A stretch of 32,000 nucleotides of DNA from Aliivibrio fischeri ES114 (GTDB lineage: Bacteria > Pseudomonadota > Gammaproteobacteria > Enterobacterales > Vibrionaceae). The position numbers were made by a program, and so were the translations under genes. The notes beneath the pieces are model-generated. The model did not search any database and had not been told where the DNA came from. It saw nothing but the letters and a program-made list of their open reading frames with translations. This document shows, one piece after another, positions 10,074 through 19,543 of this stretch; position 1 is the stretch's first letter, and every line of letters begins with the position of its first letter. The DNA lies in assembly GCF_000011805.1 (NCBI RefSeq), contig NC_006841.2; one strand, given 5' to 3'.

Positions 10074-11819
10074 ATGCGTCATTACCTATCTCTAGTTTGT
10101 GGTTTTATTTTCTTATTTGCACCAATGAGTTTGTTTGCTCATGAAATGAAACCACTAAACATACTTGTGTTGCATTCATATAGCCCATCTTATGAATGGA
10201 CAATGAATATACAAAAGGGAATTTCAGAATCCATTGCTAAAGTTGATCGAAATGTTCGACTTTCTGTTGAGTACATGGATTCTAAGCGTGTAAACGGTAA
10301 CGACTACAAAGCGCAATATCTAACTTATTTGAAGCACAAATACTCGGAAGGGTACTTTGATGCGATCATTGCCTCGGATGATAATGCACTTAATTTCTTA
10401 ATTAAAAACGCAAACAAAACTTTTCCAAAGCTACCTATCGTTGCTGTAGGTATCAATAATCTGTTAATCGATTTAGCTGAGATTGAAGATAGAACAACCG
10501 TTTACTATGAACGTGACCATATCGTAAAAAATTTAAAGCTCTCCCAGTCTCTTTTCCCTGAAAGAAAAACAGTATATTTGTTTAGTGATAATAGCTTAAC
10601 TTCCCAGCTTGTAAGAAAACAATTCATAGAAGACGCTAAGGTATTTCCCAACCTAACGATTAAAATCATTGATGATTTATCTTTAAAAGAAGCAGAGCAG
10701 TTCTTGGCAAAGGCGGGTGATGATTCGGTCGCTTTCTTAACTCATTTTAATACTGAGTTAAAAAAAGGGAATTACTATGACTATGGGGCGATAGCTTCAG
10801 TGTTATCCAAGGAAAGTAACATACCGATTTTTGTATTTTGGGAGCATTATATTGGTTATGGTGTGTTAGGTGGTTATGTTAACCGCTCTTACGCTTTAGG
10901 GATCCAATCCATTTTATCTCTATCAAATAAACTTCATTTTACTGTTAACGAAAAGGTATCAGCGTATCCTGTGGCGTGGGAAGGTTATGTTTTTGATTAT
11001 GGAATTGTAGATAAATTCAATATAGATAGAGACGACTTACCTTACGCTTCAAGCATTGTTAATGAGCCTGAATCATACTTATATAAAAACAGAAATATTA
11101 TATCTGTAACGGCTCTGCTGATTATCATGATGCTAGGGATCATCGTTACTCAGTACATTGCGATTTTACGTAAAAAAGAATTAGACGAAAATAAAACACA
11201 TATTCTTAAATTACAAAAGAAGACATTGAACGTCCAAAAAGAGATGATCAACGTTCTTGGTGAAGCAATTGAGACTCGTTCTGGTGAAACGGGGAATCAC
11301 GTAAAACGTGTGGCAAAAATGTCTTCTTTGCTTGGGCGTTTATATGAGCTACCAAAATCAGAATATCAATTGCTTGAAGTTATTAGCCCTATGCATGATG
11401 TTGGAAAGATAGGGATCCCTGAAGCTATTTTAGATAAACCCGGCAAGTTAACACCAGAAGAAAGAACTATTATCGAGACCCATACTATTATGGGATACAA
11501 ATTATTGATGTCTGGTGATGGAGAAATAATGCAATCAGCAGCTCGAATTGCACTAGAGCACCATGAAAGATGGGATGGGAAAGGGTACCCAAATCAGTTA
11601 AAGGGCGAAGAAATTCATATTTTCGCAAGAATAACAGCCATTGTTGATGTCTTTGATGCTCTTATGAGTAAACGTTGTTATAAAGAAGCGTGGCCATTGG
11701 AAAGGGTTATTGAGCTGTTTAAACAAGAACGAGGTCAACAATTTGACCCAAACTTGTCTCAATTATTTCTAGATAACATATACAGCTTTATTGATATTCG
11801 ACTTGAATATCCCGATTAA
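10074..11819 (+). CDS. Periplasmic ABC-substrate-binding-like sensor fused to a cytoplasmic HD-GYP c-di-GMP phosphodiesterase domain
   Basis: Signal peptide, periplasmic segment ILVLHSYSPSYEWTMNIQKGISESI, TM (IISVTALLIIMMLGIIVTQYIAIL), then HDVGKIGIPEAILDKPGKL, HHERWDGKGYPNQLKG and VDVFDALMSKRCYK. Confidence 0.9.
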   Translation: MRHYLSLVCGFIFLFAPMSLFAHEMKPLNILVLHSYSPSYEWTMNIQKGISESIAKVDRNVRLSVEYMDSKRVNGNDYKAQYLTYLKHKYSEGYFDAIIASDDNALNFLIKNANKTFPKLPIVAVGINNLLIDLAEIEDRTTVYYERDHIVKNLKLSQSLFPERKTVYLFSDNSLTSQLVRKQFIEDAKVFPNLTIKIIDDLSLKEAEQFLAKAGDDSVAFLTHFNTELKKGNYYDYGAIASVLSKESNIPIFVFWEHYIGYGVLGGYVNRSYALGIQSILSLSNKLHFTVNEKVSAYPVAWEGYVFDYGIVDKFNIDRDDLPYASSIVNEPESYLYKNRNIISVTALLIIMMLGIIVTQYIAILRKKELDENKTHILKLQKKTLNVQKEMINVLGEAIETRSGETGNHVKRVAKMSSLLGRLYELPKSEYQLLEVISPMHDVGKIGIPEAILDKPGKLTPEERTIIETHTIMGYKLLMSGDGEIMQSAARIALEHHERWDGKGYPNQLKGEEIHIFARITAIVDVFDALMSKRCYKEAWPLERVIELFKQERGQQFDPNLSQLFLDNIYSFIDIRLEYPD

Positions 11820-11865
11820 TAACGTCAATAAAGCCTGAGTTATTAAAAGTTAATCTATTAATATA

Positions 11866-11903
11866 AAAAAAAGCCCTAACTCTATGAGAGGTAGGGCTTT
11901 TTT
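11866..11903. terminator. Bidirectional hairpin terminator
   Basis: AAAAGCCCTA...TAGGGCTTTT with an additional CTCT/AGAG inner stem, between convergent genes. Confidence 0.85.
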
Positions 11904-11904
11904 C

Positions 11905-13128
11905 TTATCCGATAAAACTGATGTAAGTTTGTAAAATGATTAAATTTACAATATCAATAAAGAAAGCACCAACAATTGGAACGACCATAAATGCTTGTGG
12001 AGAAGGGCCGAAGCGAGAAACTAATGAGCCCATGTTCATTACTGCAGTCGGTGTAGCACCAAGACCAAAACCACAATGACCACCAGCCATTACAGCCGCA
12101 TCATAATTTGAACCCATTACTCTGAAGGTTACAAAGTATGAGAATAAAGCAAGTACCACAGTTTGAATTGAAAGAATGATAAGTAATGGAATCGCTAGAT
12201 CAAAGATATTCCACAGCTTAAGACTCATCAATGCCATTGCTAAAAACAGAGCCAATGAAACGGTACCTAAAATATCGACAGTTTCTGTGTCGATTTTATG
12301 TACTTTAGTGACTTCGGTAATATTTGTAATGAATACACCAATGAATAGAGCGTATACAAAATCAGGTATTTTTAACCATGCGATGTCAAATGTTGCGATA
12401 AAGTCACCAAGATGACCTGCACCAACCACACAAAGTAGTAATACAAATAATGTTTCGATTACTTTTTTTGCGGTTACTTTTTCTTCTTCACGTTCATTGT
12501 AGGTAACAACTTCAGGGAAGCGTGAATGTGTATCAATGCCAGTACCGTATTCTGATTCTAAATTATGCTTATGAATTAATTTCTGTGCGATAGGGCTACC
12601 AATTAATCCACCCATGATTAAACCAAATGTAGCTGAAGCCATTGCAAGCTCAAGCGTATTTAAATGGTATGTCTCAGCAAATGTATGTGACCAAGCTGCA
12701 CCTGTACCATGACCGCCAGATAGTGTAATTGAACCTGCGATTAAACCCATTAGAGGGTCAAGTCCCATTAAGCTAGCAAGGCTGACGCCAATACCATTTT
12801 GAATAATGATATAAACAGAAGCTACAGCAAGGAAGATAAATACTTTACTTCCGCCTTTAATTAATTGTTTGTAGTTTGCAGCAAGTCCTACTGTACTAAA
12901 GAACATCAACATGAATGTGCTTTGTAATGGCAGTGAGAACTTTAAGTTAATCCCTTGGAAATGTAGGATCGTAATGAAAAAAGCTACGATTAATCCACCT
13001 ACAATTGGCTCTGGGATATTGTATTTTTTGAATAGTACGACTTTTGAATTGATCAAGTGGCCGAGGAATAACACGGCAATTGCAATTAAAAATGATTCAA
13101 GCGCACCAATAGATAGAGTGTGTGACAT
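11905..13128 (-). CDS. gltS: Sodium/glutamate symporter GltS
   Basis: Multi-TM protein with IPEPIVGGLIVA, GHGTGAAW and GHCGFGLGATPTAVMNM motifs. Confidence 0.93.
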   Translation of the reverse strand: MSHTLSIGALESFLIAIAVLFLGHLINSKVVLFKKYNIPEPIVGGLIVAFFITILHFQGINLKFSLPLQSTFMLMFFSTVGLAANYKQLIKGGSKVFIFLAVASVYIIIQNGIGVSLASLMGLDPLMGLIAGSITLSGGHGTGAAWSHTFAETYHLNTLELAMASATFGLIMGGLIGSPIAQKLIHKHNLESEYGTGIDTHSRFPEVVTYNEREEEKVTAKKVIETLFVLLLCVVGAGHLGDFIATFDIAWLKIPDFVYALFIGVFITNITEVTKVHKIDTETVDILGTVSLALFLAMALMSLKLWNIFDLAIPLLIILSIQTVVLALFSYFVTFRVMGSNYDAAVMAGGHCGFGLGATPTAVMNMGSLVSRFGPSPQAFMVVPIVGAFFIDIVNLIILQTYISFIG

Positions 13129-13348
13129 AGTACTCCTAAGTTGAAATATCTAATTTATAGTTTCGTCCACAATTTTAAATTATGCGAAAATAAATGAAGA
13201 ATACATGTATTTTAATGCATTCTTAATCTAGATATTGTCTGATTTCAGGGACTGATAGTATCATTTTTATTAATAGAGTTGGGTTAGCGTATGGTAAAAC
13301 ATATGAATGCGCTGTTAATATTGAAAATAAGTATGAAAAATTTGGTTG

Positions 13349-14344
13349 CTATTCATCGTAAAAAAGTACAATACTGCCGCCGCGTAGGGCGCTACCCACG
13401 TTAAATGTGAAGCCGATTCCAACATTATCAACTAAAGAAATCCACTTTCTCGTATCGATTAACCATGCAATATTGAACTCATAATAAAAGTCTGTTCCAA
13501 GTGGTTCATTTGCGTCTCCACCAAGATCAACTCGTTTGGCTTTTAGGTATAAAACTTGTGCTAAACGATTCCAATGTGCCATGTTATATCGCAGTTGAAT
13601 GCTGTTTACGAAACGCCAAACCTCAGGATTTGCATCAGAGCTGTAATCTGATGAGCCACCAAAGCCTTGTCCATAAGCATAGTGGTAACTGTTGTTAAAA
13701 CGCCATTCACCCCAATCGGTTTCTTTTTTATATTGGAAGGTAATTTTGGGTTCAATAATGAATGCATTACTTGATACGTTGTAGTACAAGCCGTCTAAAA
13801 CAGGAGCGAAACTCTGACTGAAATCAGAATTGTAAGTATGAGTATTTCTATAATGCATTAAATGAAATGCATTACCGACAGAAATGGTCCAATTCTCATA
13901 GAAATCGTAGTTTTGCGCGTATTCCGCATATAAACCAAACATCTCATCTAAATCAGAATCAGGTGAGGTTTTATCTTTGAACTCGACATCAATATCTGTA
14001 TTAACATATGAAGCTCTTACTGTGATTTCATGTGACCAACGTGAGTCAGGATCTTCAGTGAGCTCAAAAGTATAAGGTAAAGAATATACCGTCATTTGGT
14101 TACGCAGCTGAATGGAATCATTGCTGCCTAAGCCATTGTCAGGGTTATTTTCATCTTTAGATAAATAGCGGTTTGGATTGAAATCAGCAATACCAAAAGT
14201 GATCATATTACTGTCAGATAAAACTAATGATGTTGCGAAGGCTTCTTCAAATTGGCTTGCAGGAGTTAAGTTACGAGCTTCAGCTTTATCGTATGCTAAA
14301 TAAAGCAATATCATAACAAGCAGTGAAGGACGTAGCCTTATCAT
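13349..14344 (-). CDS. Solitary outer-membrane autotransporter-like beta-barrel protein
   Basis: Signal peptide, alternating aromatic/polar beta-barrel strands, C-terminal strand ending ALRGGSIVLFYDE; family from memory. Confidence 0.7.
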   Translation of the reverse strand: MIRLRPSLLVMILLYLAYDKAEARNLTPASQFEEAFATSLVLSDSNMITFGIADFNPNRYLSKDENNPDNGLGSNDSIQLRNQMTVYSLPYTFELTEDPDSRWSHEITVRASYVNTDIDVEFKDKTSPDSDLDEMFGLYAEYAQNYDFYENWTISVGNAFHLMHYRNTHTYNSDFSQSFAPVLDGLYYNVSSNAFIIEPKITFQYKKETDWGEWRFNNSYHYAYGQGFGGSSDYSSDANPEVWRFVNSIQLRYNMAHWNRLAQVLYLKAKRVDLGGDANEPLGTDFYYEFNIAWLIDTRKWISLVDNVGIGFTFNVGSALRGGSIVLFYDE

Positions 14345-14468
14345 TCGTTTATAACCTTATATCGTTAATTTATAAATTTCTAGATACAATTTAGTTCAAA
14401 ATCAAATATTAATCTACTTTAAATCAGTATCTTAAATGATAATCGGGATAAAATTATTCCAGATAAAA

Positions 14469-14502
14469 TAAACACGCTACATAAACGTTAGTAGCGTGTT
14501 TA
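14469..14502. terminator. Hairpin terminator downstream of the ABC transporter gene
   Basis: TAAACACGCTAC (14469-14480) / GTAGCGTGTTTA (14491-14502), 12-bp perfect stem. Confidence 0.75.
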
Positions 14503-14520
14503 TTTATCTTAGAACTTATG

Positions 14521-16347
14521 TTATTCGCTAATGAATCCACCTGTTTGATGATTCCAAAGTTGAGCGTAAATGCCACCTAATGCAACGAGTTCTTTATGTG
14601 TGCCTTGCTCAACAACTTGACCTTTATCCATCACTAATAAGCGGTCCATTGCTGCAATGGTAGATAAGCGGTGTGCAATAGCAATAACGGTTTTGCCTTC
14701 CATTAGTTCATCAAGACTATCTTGGATCGCTGCTTCAACTTCAGAATCTAATGCTGAAGTTGCTTCATCTAAAATAAGTAAAGGTGCATCTTTTAATAAT
14801 ACACGTGAAATAGCGATACGTTGGCGTTGACCGCCAGATAATTTCACACCACGCTCACCAACTTGCGCATCATAACCTTTACTACCAAAAGAATCCGTTA
14901 AGGTTTCAATGAACTCATGAGCTTGCGCTTGTTTGGTTGCTGCAAATAGATCTTCATCAGTAGCATCTGGACGGCCATATTTTATATTATCGCGAATAGA
15001 ACGATGAAGTAGGGAGGTATCTTGGCTTACCATACCAATTTGGCTTCTTAATGAGTCCTGAGTGACATCTCTAATATCTTGACCGTCAATAGATATCGAA
15101 CCTGACTCAACATCGTGAAAACGGAGTAGTAGATTAACAAGTGTTGATTTACCTGCACCTGAACGGCCAACTAAACCGATTTTTTCACCGGGTTTAATTT
15201 CCAGATTCAAGTCATTAATCACGCTCTTATTTTCACCATAGTTAAAGTTCACACTGTCAAACTTAATGGTTCCTTTAGACACATTAAGCTCTGAAGCATT
15301 TTCTTTATCTGTGATTTCAATAGGCTTAGATAGGGTGTTAATACCATCAGTAACCGTTCCAAGGTTTTCAAATAACGAACTAATTTCCCACATTATCCAG
15401 TGTGACATGCCATTTACACGAAGAGCTAAACTAATAGCAATAGCGATAGCACCAACACTGAGAACGTTATCTAACCAAAGGGTTATAGATACAGCTGCAA
15501 TTGAGAAAACCAATAAGTAGTTAATGATTTCAACAGAAATATTGATGCCTGTAGCTAAACGCATTTGCTTGTGAACTGTGCCTAAAAACTCTTCCATACC
15601 TTCTTCAGCGTATTGAGTCTCACGCTTACTGTGGCTAAAGAGTTTCACTGTGTTGATGTTGGTGTAACTATCAACTACACGTCCTGTCATTGTTGAACGG
15701 GCATCAGCTTGTTGTTCTGAAATGGCTTTTAGTTTAGGTACAAAGTGAAATTGAATTGCTACATAAGCTGCAAACCAAACTAGCATTGGCAGCATTAAGC
15801 GCCAATCCGCTTGGCCAACCATCACAACCATGGAAGTAAAGTAAACAGAGACATAAACCAATACATCTAATAGCTTCATTACCGTTTCACGAACGGCTAA
15901 AGCGGTTTGCATTACTTTTGTTGCAATACGACCAGCAAAATCATCTGAGTAAAATGAAACACTTTGTTTTAATAAGTAACGGTGTGCTTGCCAACGAATT
16001 GCCATTGGGTAGTTACCTAATAACGTTTGGTGTGTCAGCAAAGAATGTATAAATAAAAGGATAGGAACAATAACAACAATTAAAAAGCCAAGTAGCAGTA
16101 ATGTTTGTCCTTCTTGCGCTAAAAAGGTTTCTCTATCATGAGTAGATAACCAATCAACTAGCTGTCCCATAAAGCCAAATAATGATACTTCGATCATGGC
16201 AATAACGGCACTTAATAATGACATGCCAATTAATGGAACTTCGAACCCTTTAGTATAATGACGACAAAAAGCGTATAGGCCTTTTGGGGGCTGATTTGGC
16301 TCTTGTTCTGGAAAAGCAGTGGTTAACCGCTCAAAGAATTTAAACAT
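14521..16347 (-). CDS. ABC exporter, fused permease/ATP-binding protein
   Basis: TM domain followed by VGRSGAGKSTL (Walker A), VKLSGGQRQRIAISR (signature) and PLLILDEATSALD (Walker B). Confidence 0.93.
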   Translation of the reverse strand: MFKFFERLTTAFPEQEPNQPPKGLYAFCRHYTKGFEVPLIGMSLLSAVIAMIEVSLFGFMGQLVDWLSTHDRETFLAQEGQTLLLLGFLIVVIVPILLFIHSLLTHQTLLGNYPMAIRWQAHRYLLKQSVSFYSDDFAGRIATKVMQTALAVRETVMKLLDVLVYVSVYFTSMVVMVGQADWRLMLPMLVWFAAYVAIQFHFVPKLKAISEQQADARSTMTGRVVDSYTNINTVKLFSHSKRETQYAEEGMEEFLGTVHKQMRLATGINISVEIINYLLVFSIAAVSITLWLDNVLSVGAIAIAISLALRVNGMSHWIMWEISSLFENLGTVTDGINTLSKPIEITDKENASELNVSKGTIKFDSVNFNYGENKSVINDLNLEIKPGEKIGLVGRSGAGKSTLVNLLLRFHDVESGSISIDGQDIRDVTQDSLRSQIGMVSQDTSLLHRSIRDNIKYGRPDATDEDLFAATKQAQAHEFIETLTDSFGSKGYDAQVGERGVKLSGGQRQRIAISRVLLKDAPLLILDEATSALDSEVEAAIQDSLDELMEGKTVIAIAHRLSTIAAMDRLLVMDKGQVVEQGTHKELVALGGIYAQLWNHQTGGFISE

Positions 16348-16537
16348 AACGAAACCTTAAATAATGAGCTAACTTTCAACGAAATGACGGTTATTTGTAC
16401 ATACTGTTAACATAACCTAAATCAAGTGCTTATTGTAATGTTTTTCTAAGATAAGTAGAGCTGTTTATTAAAAAAATTAGTAGGTTGAGACTCAGTAGAG
16501 GTATCATGAAAAAATACCATCACAACAGAGTAAGAAA

Positions 16538-17506
16538 ATGAAAAAAATACCAACGAATATTATTACGGGTTTTCTAGGTGTAGGAAAAACCACCACCATC
16601 TTGCAATTACTAAAAAACAAACCAGAGAATGAATCTTGGGCTGTATTAGTAAATGAATTTGGTGAAGTTGGCATTGATGGGGCTTTTCTTGCTGAAGGCG
16701 GTGCCATGGTGAAAGAAGTTCCTGGTGGCTGTATGTGCTGTACTGCTGGCCTTCCTATGTCTGTTGGTATTAACGCGTTACTGAGACAAAAACCAGACCG
16801 TTTAATTATTGAACCAACAGGGTTAGGGCACCCTAAAAAGATCATTGCTATTTTACAATCAGAGAACTATGAAAAGTATATCGATTTGAAAGCAACGATT
16901 GGCCTTGTTGACCCACGAAACCTATCTGATGAAAAGTATGTATCTAATCAAAACTTTAATGATCAATTGGGTATTTCTGATGTCGTTGTTGCAACTAAGA
17001 TGGACATGGTCTCAGATTACGATGAGTGCTTATTCGACTCATGGACAAAAGAGCTATCAACGCAGCCTAAAACGACAAAGATAAATCATGGTGATCTACC
17101 ACAATCTTGGTTAGATGAAGATCGTACTATTGAGTTAACGATTGAAGAACATCATCATCACCATGCTGAACAAGATATTGTCGAAATGGCATTAGAACCA
17201 GGACAAAAATTTTGTCGTAAAGAGAATAAAGGCCAAGGCTATGTTAGTTGCGGGTGGTTTTTTGGAGCTGAGTCCGTATTTGATTTTGAAGAGTTGTTTT
17301 CAATGCTATCTGATTTGAATGCAGAACGAATTAAAGCGGTAATGAATACTGATAAAGGCTGTTATGCATTTAATGTGGCTAATCGTGTTGTCTCAGTTAA
17401 TCAATTAAGTATTGAAGGTATGGAGTCGAAACTTGAAGTTATCGATACTCAATTGCTTCCATGGGATCAGTTAGAAACGATTTTATTAAGTTTGATCATT
17501 GAATAA
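16538..17506 (+). CDS. yeiR: CobW/COG0523-family zinc-binding GTPase, YeiR-like
   Basis: TGFLGVGKTTTILQLL, GGCMCCTAGLPM (CxCC metal motif), IEPTGLGHPKK, His-rich EEHHHHHAEQ loop, C-terminal GYVSCGWFF. Confidence 0.88.
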   Translation: MKKIPTNIITGFLGVGKTTTILQLLKNKPENESWAVLVNEFGEVGIDGAFLAEGGAMVKEVPGGCMCCTAGLPMSVGINALLRQKPDRLIIEPTGLGHPKKIIAILQSENYEKYIDLKATIGLVDPRNLSDEKYVSNQNFNDQLGISDVVVATKMDMVSDYDECLFDSWTKELSTQPKTTKINHGDLPQSWLDEDRTIELTIEEHHHHHAEQDIVEMALEPGQKFCRKENKGQGYVSCGWFFGAESVFDFEELFSMLSDLNAERIKAVMNTDKGCYAFNVANRVVSVNQLSIEGMESKLEVIDTQLLPWDQLETILLSLIIE

Positions 17507-17531
17507 TTGATATTGATGTATGAATAAAAAA

Positions 17532-17550
17532 GGGGAGCGTAAAGCTCCCC
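17532..17550. terminator. Hairpin terminator between convergent yeiR-like and ylqF genes
   Basis: GGGGAGC gtaaa GCTCCCC with flanking A-run / T-rich tail. Confidence 0.8.
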
Positions 17551-17573
17551 GTTTGCATTTTTGTAATGGAATA

Positions 17574-18518
17574 TTAGCGTTTGTTTTTCAGATAACGCTT
17601 ACGACGCTCTTCTTTTTTCTTCGCTTTTTCTTCTTCTTTACGAGCGGCATCAATTTCAACTTGAATTAACTCTTCTGTGATCATTTCTGGTAATTCAAGA
17701 GTCACTTGGCCTAGAACACCTGAACGTAATTCATGAAGTAAAATCTCAGACGCTTTGTAAAGGTTGATTCGACCACCAGCTTGTAAACAACCACGGCTGC
17801 GACCAATCGCTTCCATTAGTTCTAAATCATTGTCTGGTAGTTCATCTAATTTGTAACGCTCTTTTAAGCGCTCTGGGTATTGTTTCGCAAGATACTCAAC
17901 GGTGTAGAATGCAACTTCGTCATATTCCATTGCTGTATCTTTTACTGCACCAGTTGCCGCTAGACGGAATCCACTGTGTGGGTTTTCAACTTTTGGCCAT
18001 AAAATTCCTGGAGTATCAGAAAGTACGACACCATTTTGAAGATTAATACGTTGCTGACGGCGAGTAACCGCTGGTTGGTTACCTGTTACAGCAATTGTAC
18101 GACCGGCTAAAGTATTAATGATGGTTGATTTCCCAACATTAGGAATACCCATGATCATAGTACGAACGTTTTTGCCCATTGCCTCTCTGTGAGGAACAAG
18201 CTTACGACATACTTCCATGATCTTATGAATTTCTTCTGGATTTTCCGTAGTAACCGCCATTGCAGTTACGCCTTGCTCTTTTTCTAAATGCTCAATCCAA
18301 AGTTGAGTCACTTCTGGATCCGATAAATCACGCTTATTGAGTACTTTTACACACGGCTTGTCTTTACGAATAGAAGAGATAAGCGGATTTTCACTACTAA
18401 AAGGAATACGGGCGTCAAGAACTTCAATGATAACATCGATTTTTGGCACAACTTCTTCAATCTCTTTACGAGCTTTGTGCATGTGTCCCGGGAACCATTG
18501 AATTTTATTGTTAAGCAT
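17574..18518 (-). CDS. ylqF: Ribosome biogenesis GTPase YlqF/RbgA
   Basis: MLNNKIQWFPGHMHKARKEI; circularly permuted GTPase motifs NKRDL, GIPNVGKSTIIN, DTPGILWPK. Confidence 0.92.
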   Translation of the reverse strand: MLNNKIQWFPGHMHKARKEIEEVVPKIDVIIEVLDARIPFSSENPLISSIRKDKPCVKVLNKRDLSDPEVTQLWIEHLEKEQGVTAMAVTTENPEEIHKIMEVCRKLVPHREAMGKNVRTMIMGIPNVGKSTIINTLAGRTIAVTGNQPAVTRRQQRINLQNGVVLSDTPGILWPKVENPHSGFRLAATGAVKDTAMEYDEVAFYTVEYLAKQYPERLKERYKLDELPDNDLELMEAIGRSRGCLQAGGRINLYKASEILLHELRSGVLGQVTLELPEMITEELIQVEIDAARKEEEKAKKKEERRKRYLKNKR

Positions 18519-18556
18519 CTGTATTTTATACTCTTTGTTTTTTTATGCATGCTGCT

Positions 18557-18576
18557 TGGGGTACATCATGGGGTAC
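18557..18576. repeat. Tandem TGGGGTAC direct repeats at the island left edge, possible remnant arm-type integrase sites
   Basis: TGGGGTAC at 18557-18564 and 18569-18576, 12-bp period, between ylqF and the integrase remnant. Confidence 0.4.
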
Positions 18577-18677
18577 TAAACAACAAACTTAAATTTAATA
18601 GGTTAATTATTATTCTTAAGATAAAAACAATAACAACGAATGATAGTGGTAAGTTTATCGCAACCGCGTTGGGATAG

Positions 18678-19502
18678 AAACTAATAATCTTGGTAAAGCT
18701 CTTAAGTCAAGACACAGCTCTACAAGCTATTAGACCAATTGCAAACCAAGGTAAGTTAGAAACGGTAGGACGATTGTGTCGTAGTTTAAATGAGTTCATG
18801 ACCTTTGCTGTGAATACTTGTGTTATAGAACACAATAGACTTGCTGATATTGGGAAAGCGTTTTTCACTGTCAAAGTTACTAACCAGGCATCGCTAGATG
18901 CCTAAAGATCTACCGGAGCTGTTAAAAAAGATTAATTACGCATCTATTAAGCCCATCACACGCTGTTTGTTAGAATGGCAACTTCATACAATGACAAGAC
19001 CTACCGAGACTGCTGGTGCTCGCTGGGATGAAACAGACAAAGAAAAAATGCTATGGGTTATCCCAGCTGAACGAATGAAGAAGGGAAGAGTACATACCGT
19101 CCCATTAACACAGCAAACCTTAGACTTATTAGAAACGATTGATTTATCACTGGCGAGAGTGAATACCTTTTCCCTGCTGATAAAAGCAATAAAAATCATA
19201 TAAATAAAGAAACAGCTAATAAAGCATTGGTGCGAATGGGATTTAAAGGAAGACAAACTTCTCATGGCCTACGAGCATTAGCTAGTACTATCTTAAATGA
19301 ACAAAACTTTGATGCGGATATTATCGAAGCTGCACTCTCTCATGTTGATAGAGATAAGGTTCGAAGCGCATACAACCGCACTGATTATCTTGAACGACGT
19401 AAGGTTCTAATGGCGTAGTGGAGTAATCATATTGAAGAGGCGGCTACTGGTAGCTTGTCTATGAGTGGGAAAAAGAATCTTAAGGCTTGTAGCTTAATAT
19501 AG
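18678..19502 (+). pseudogene. Degraded C-terminal part of a P4-type tyrosine integrase
   Basis: Three fragments in different frames: TALQAIRPIANQGKLETVGRLCRSLNEFMTFAVNT; PKDLPELLKKI...TRPTETAGARWDE; HGLRALASTILNEQ...ALSHVDRDKVRSAYNRTDYLERRKVLMA, then TAG and in-frame WSNHIEEAATGSLS. No N-terminal domain present. Confidence 0.9.
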
Positions 19503-19510
19503 CTTAAAGA

Positions 19511-19538
19511 AAGTAGGTAGAGTTAATTCTACCTACTT
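19511..19538. terminator. Strong hairpin between integrase remnant and next ORF
   Basis: AAGTAGGTAGA (19511-19521) / TCTACCTACTT (19528-19538), 11-bp perfect stem, 6-nt loop, AT-rich flanks. Confidence 0.7.
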
Positions 19539-19543
19539 TATTA

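Noticed and set aside
16504-16845. Minus-strand 113 aa ORF
   Set aside because: Antisense to the N-terminal part of the yeiR-like gene.
18347-18677. ORFs 18347-18550 (minus) and 18477-18677 (plus)
   Set aside because: Overlap the ylqF start and the gap after it; translation of the repeat region gives GVHHGVLN but no real protein features.
18984-19265. Minus-strand 93 aa ORF
   Set aside because: Antisense to the integrase remnant.
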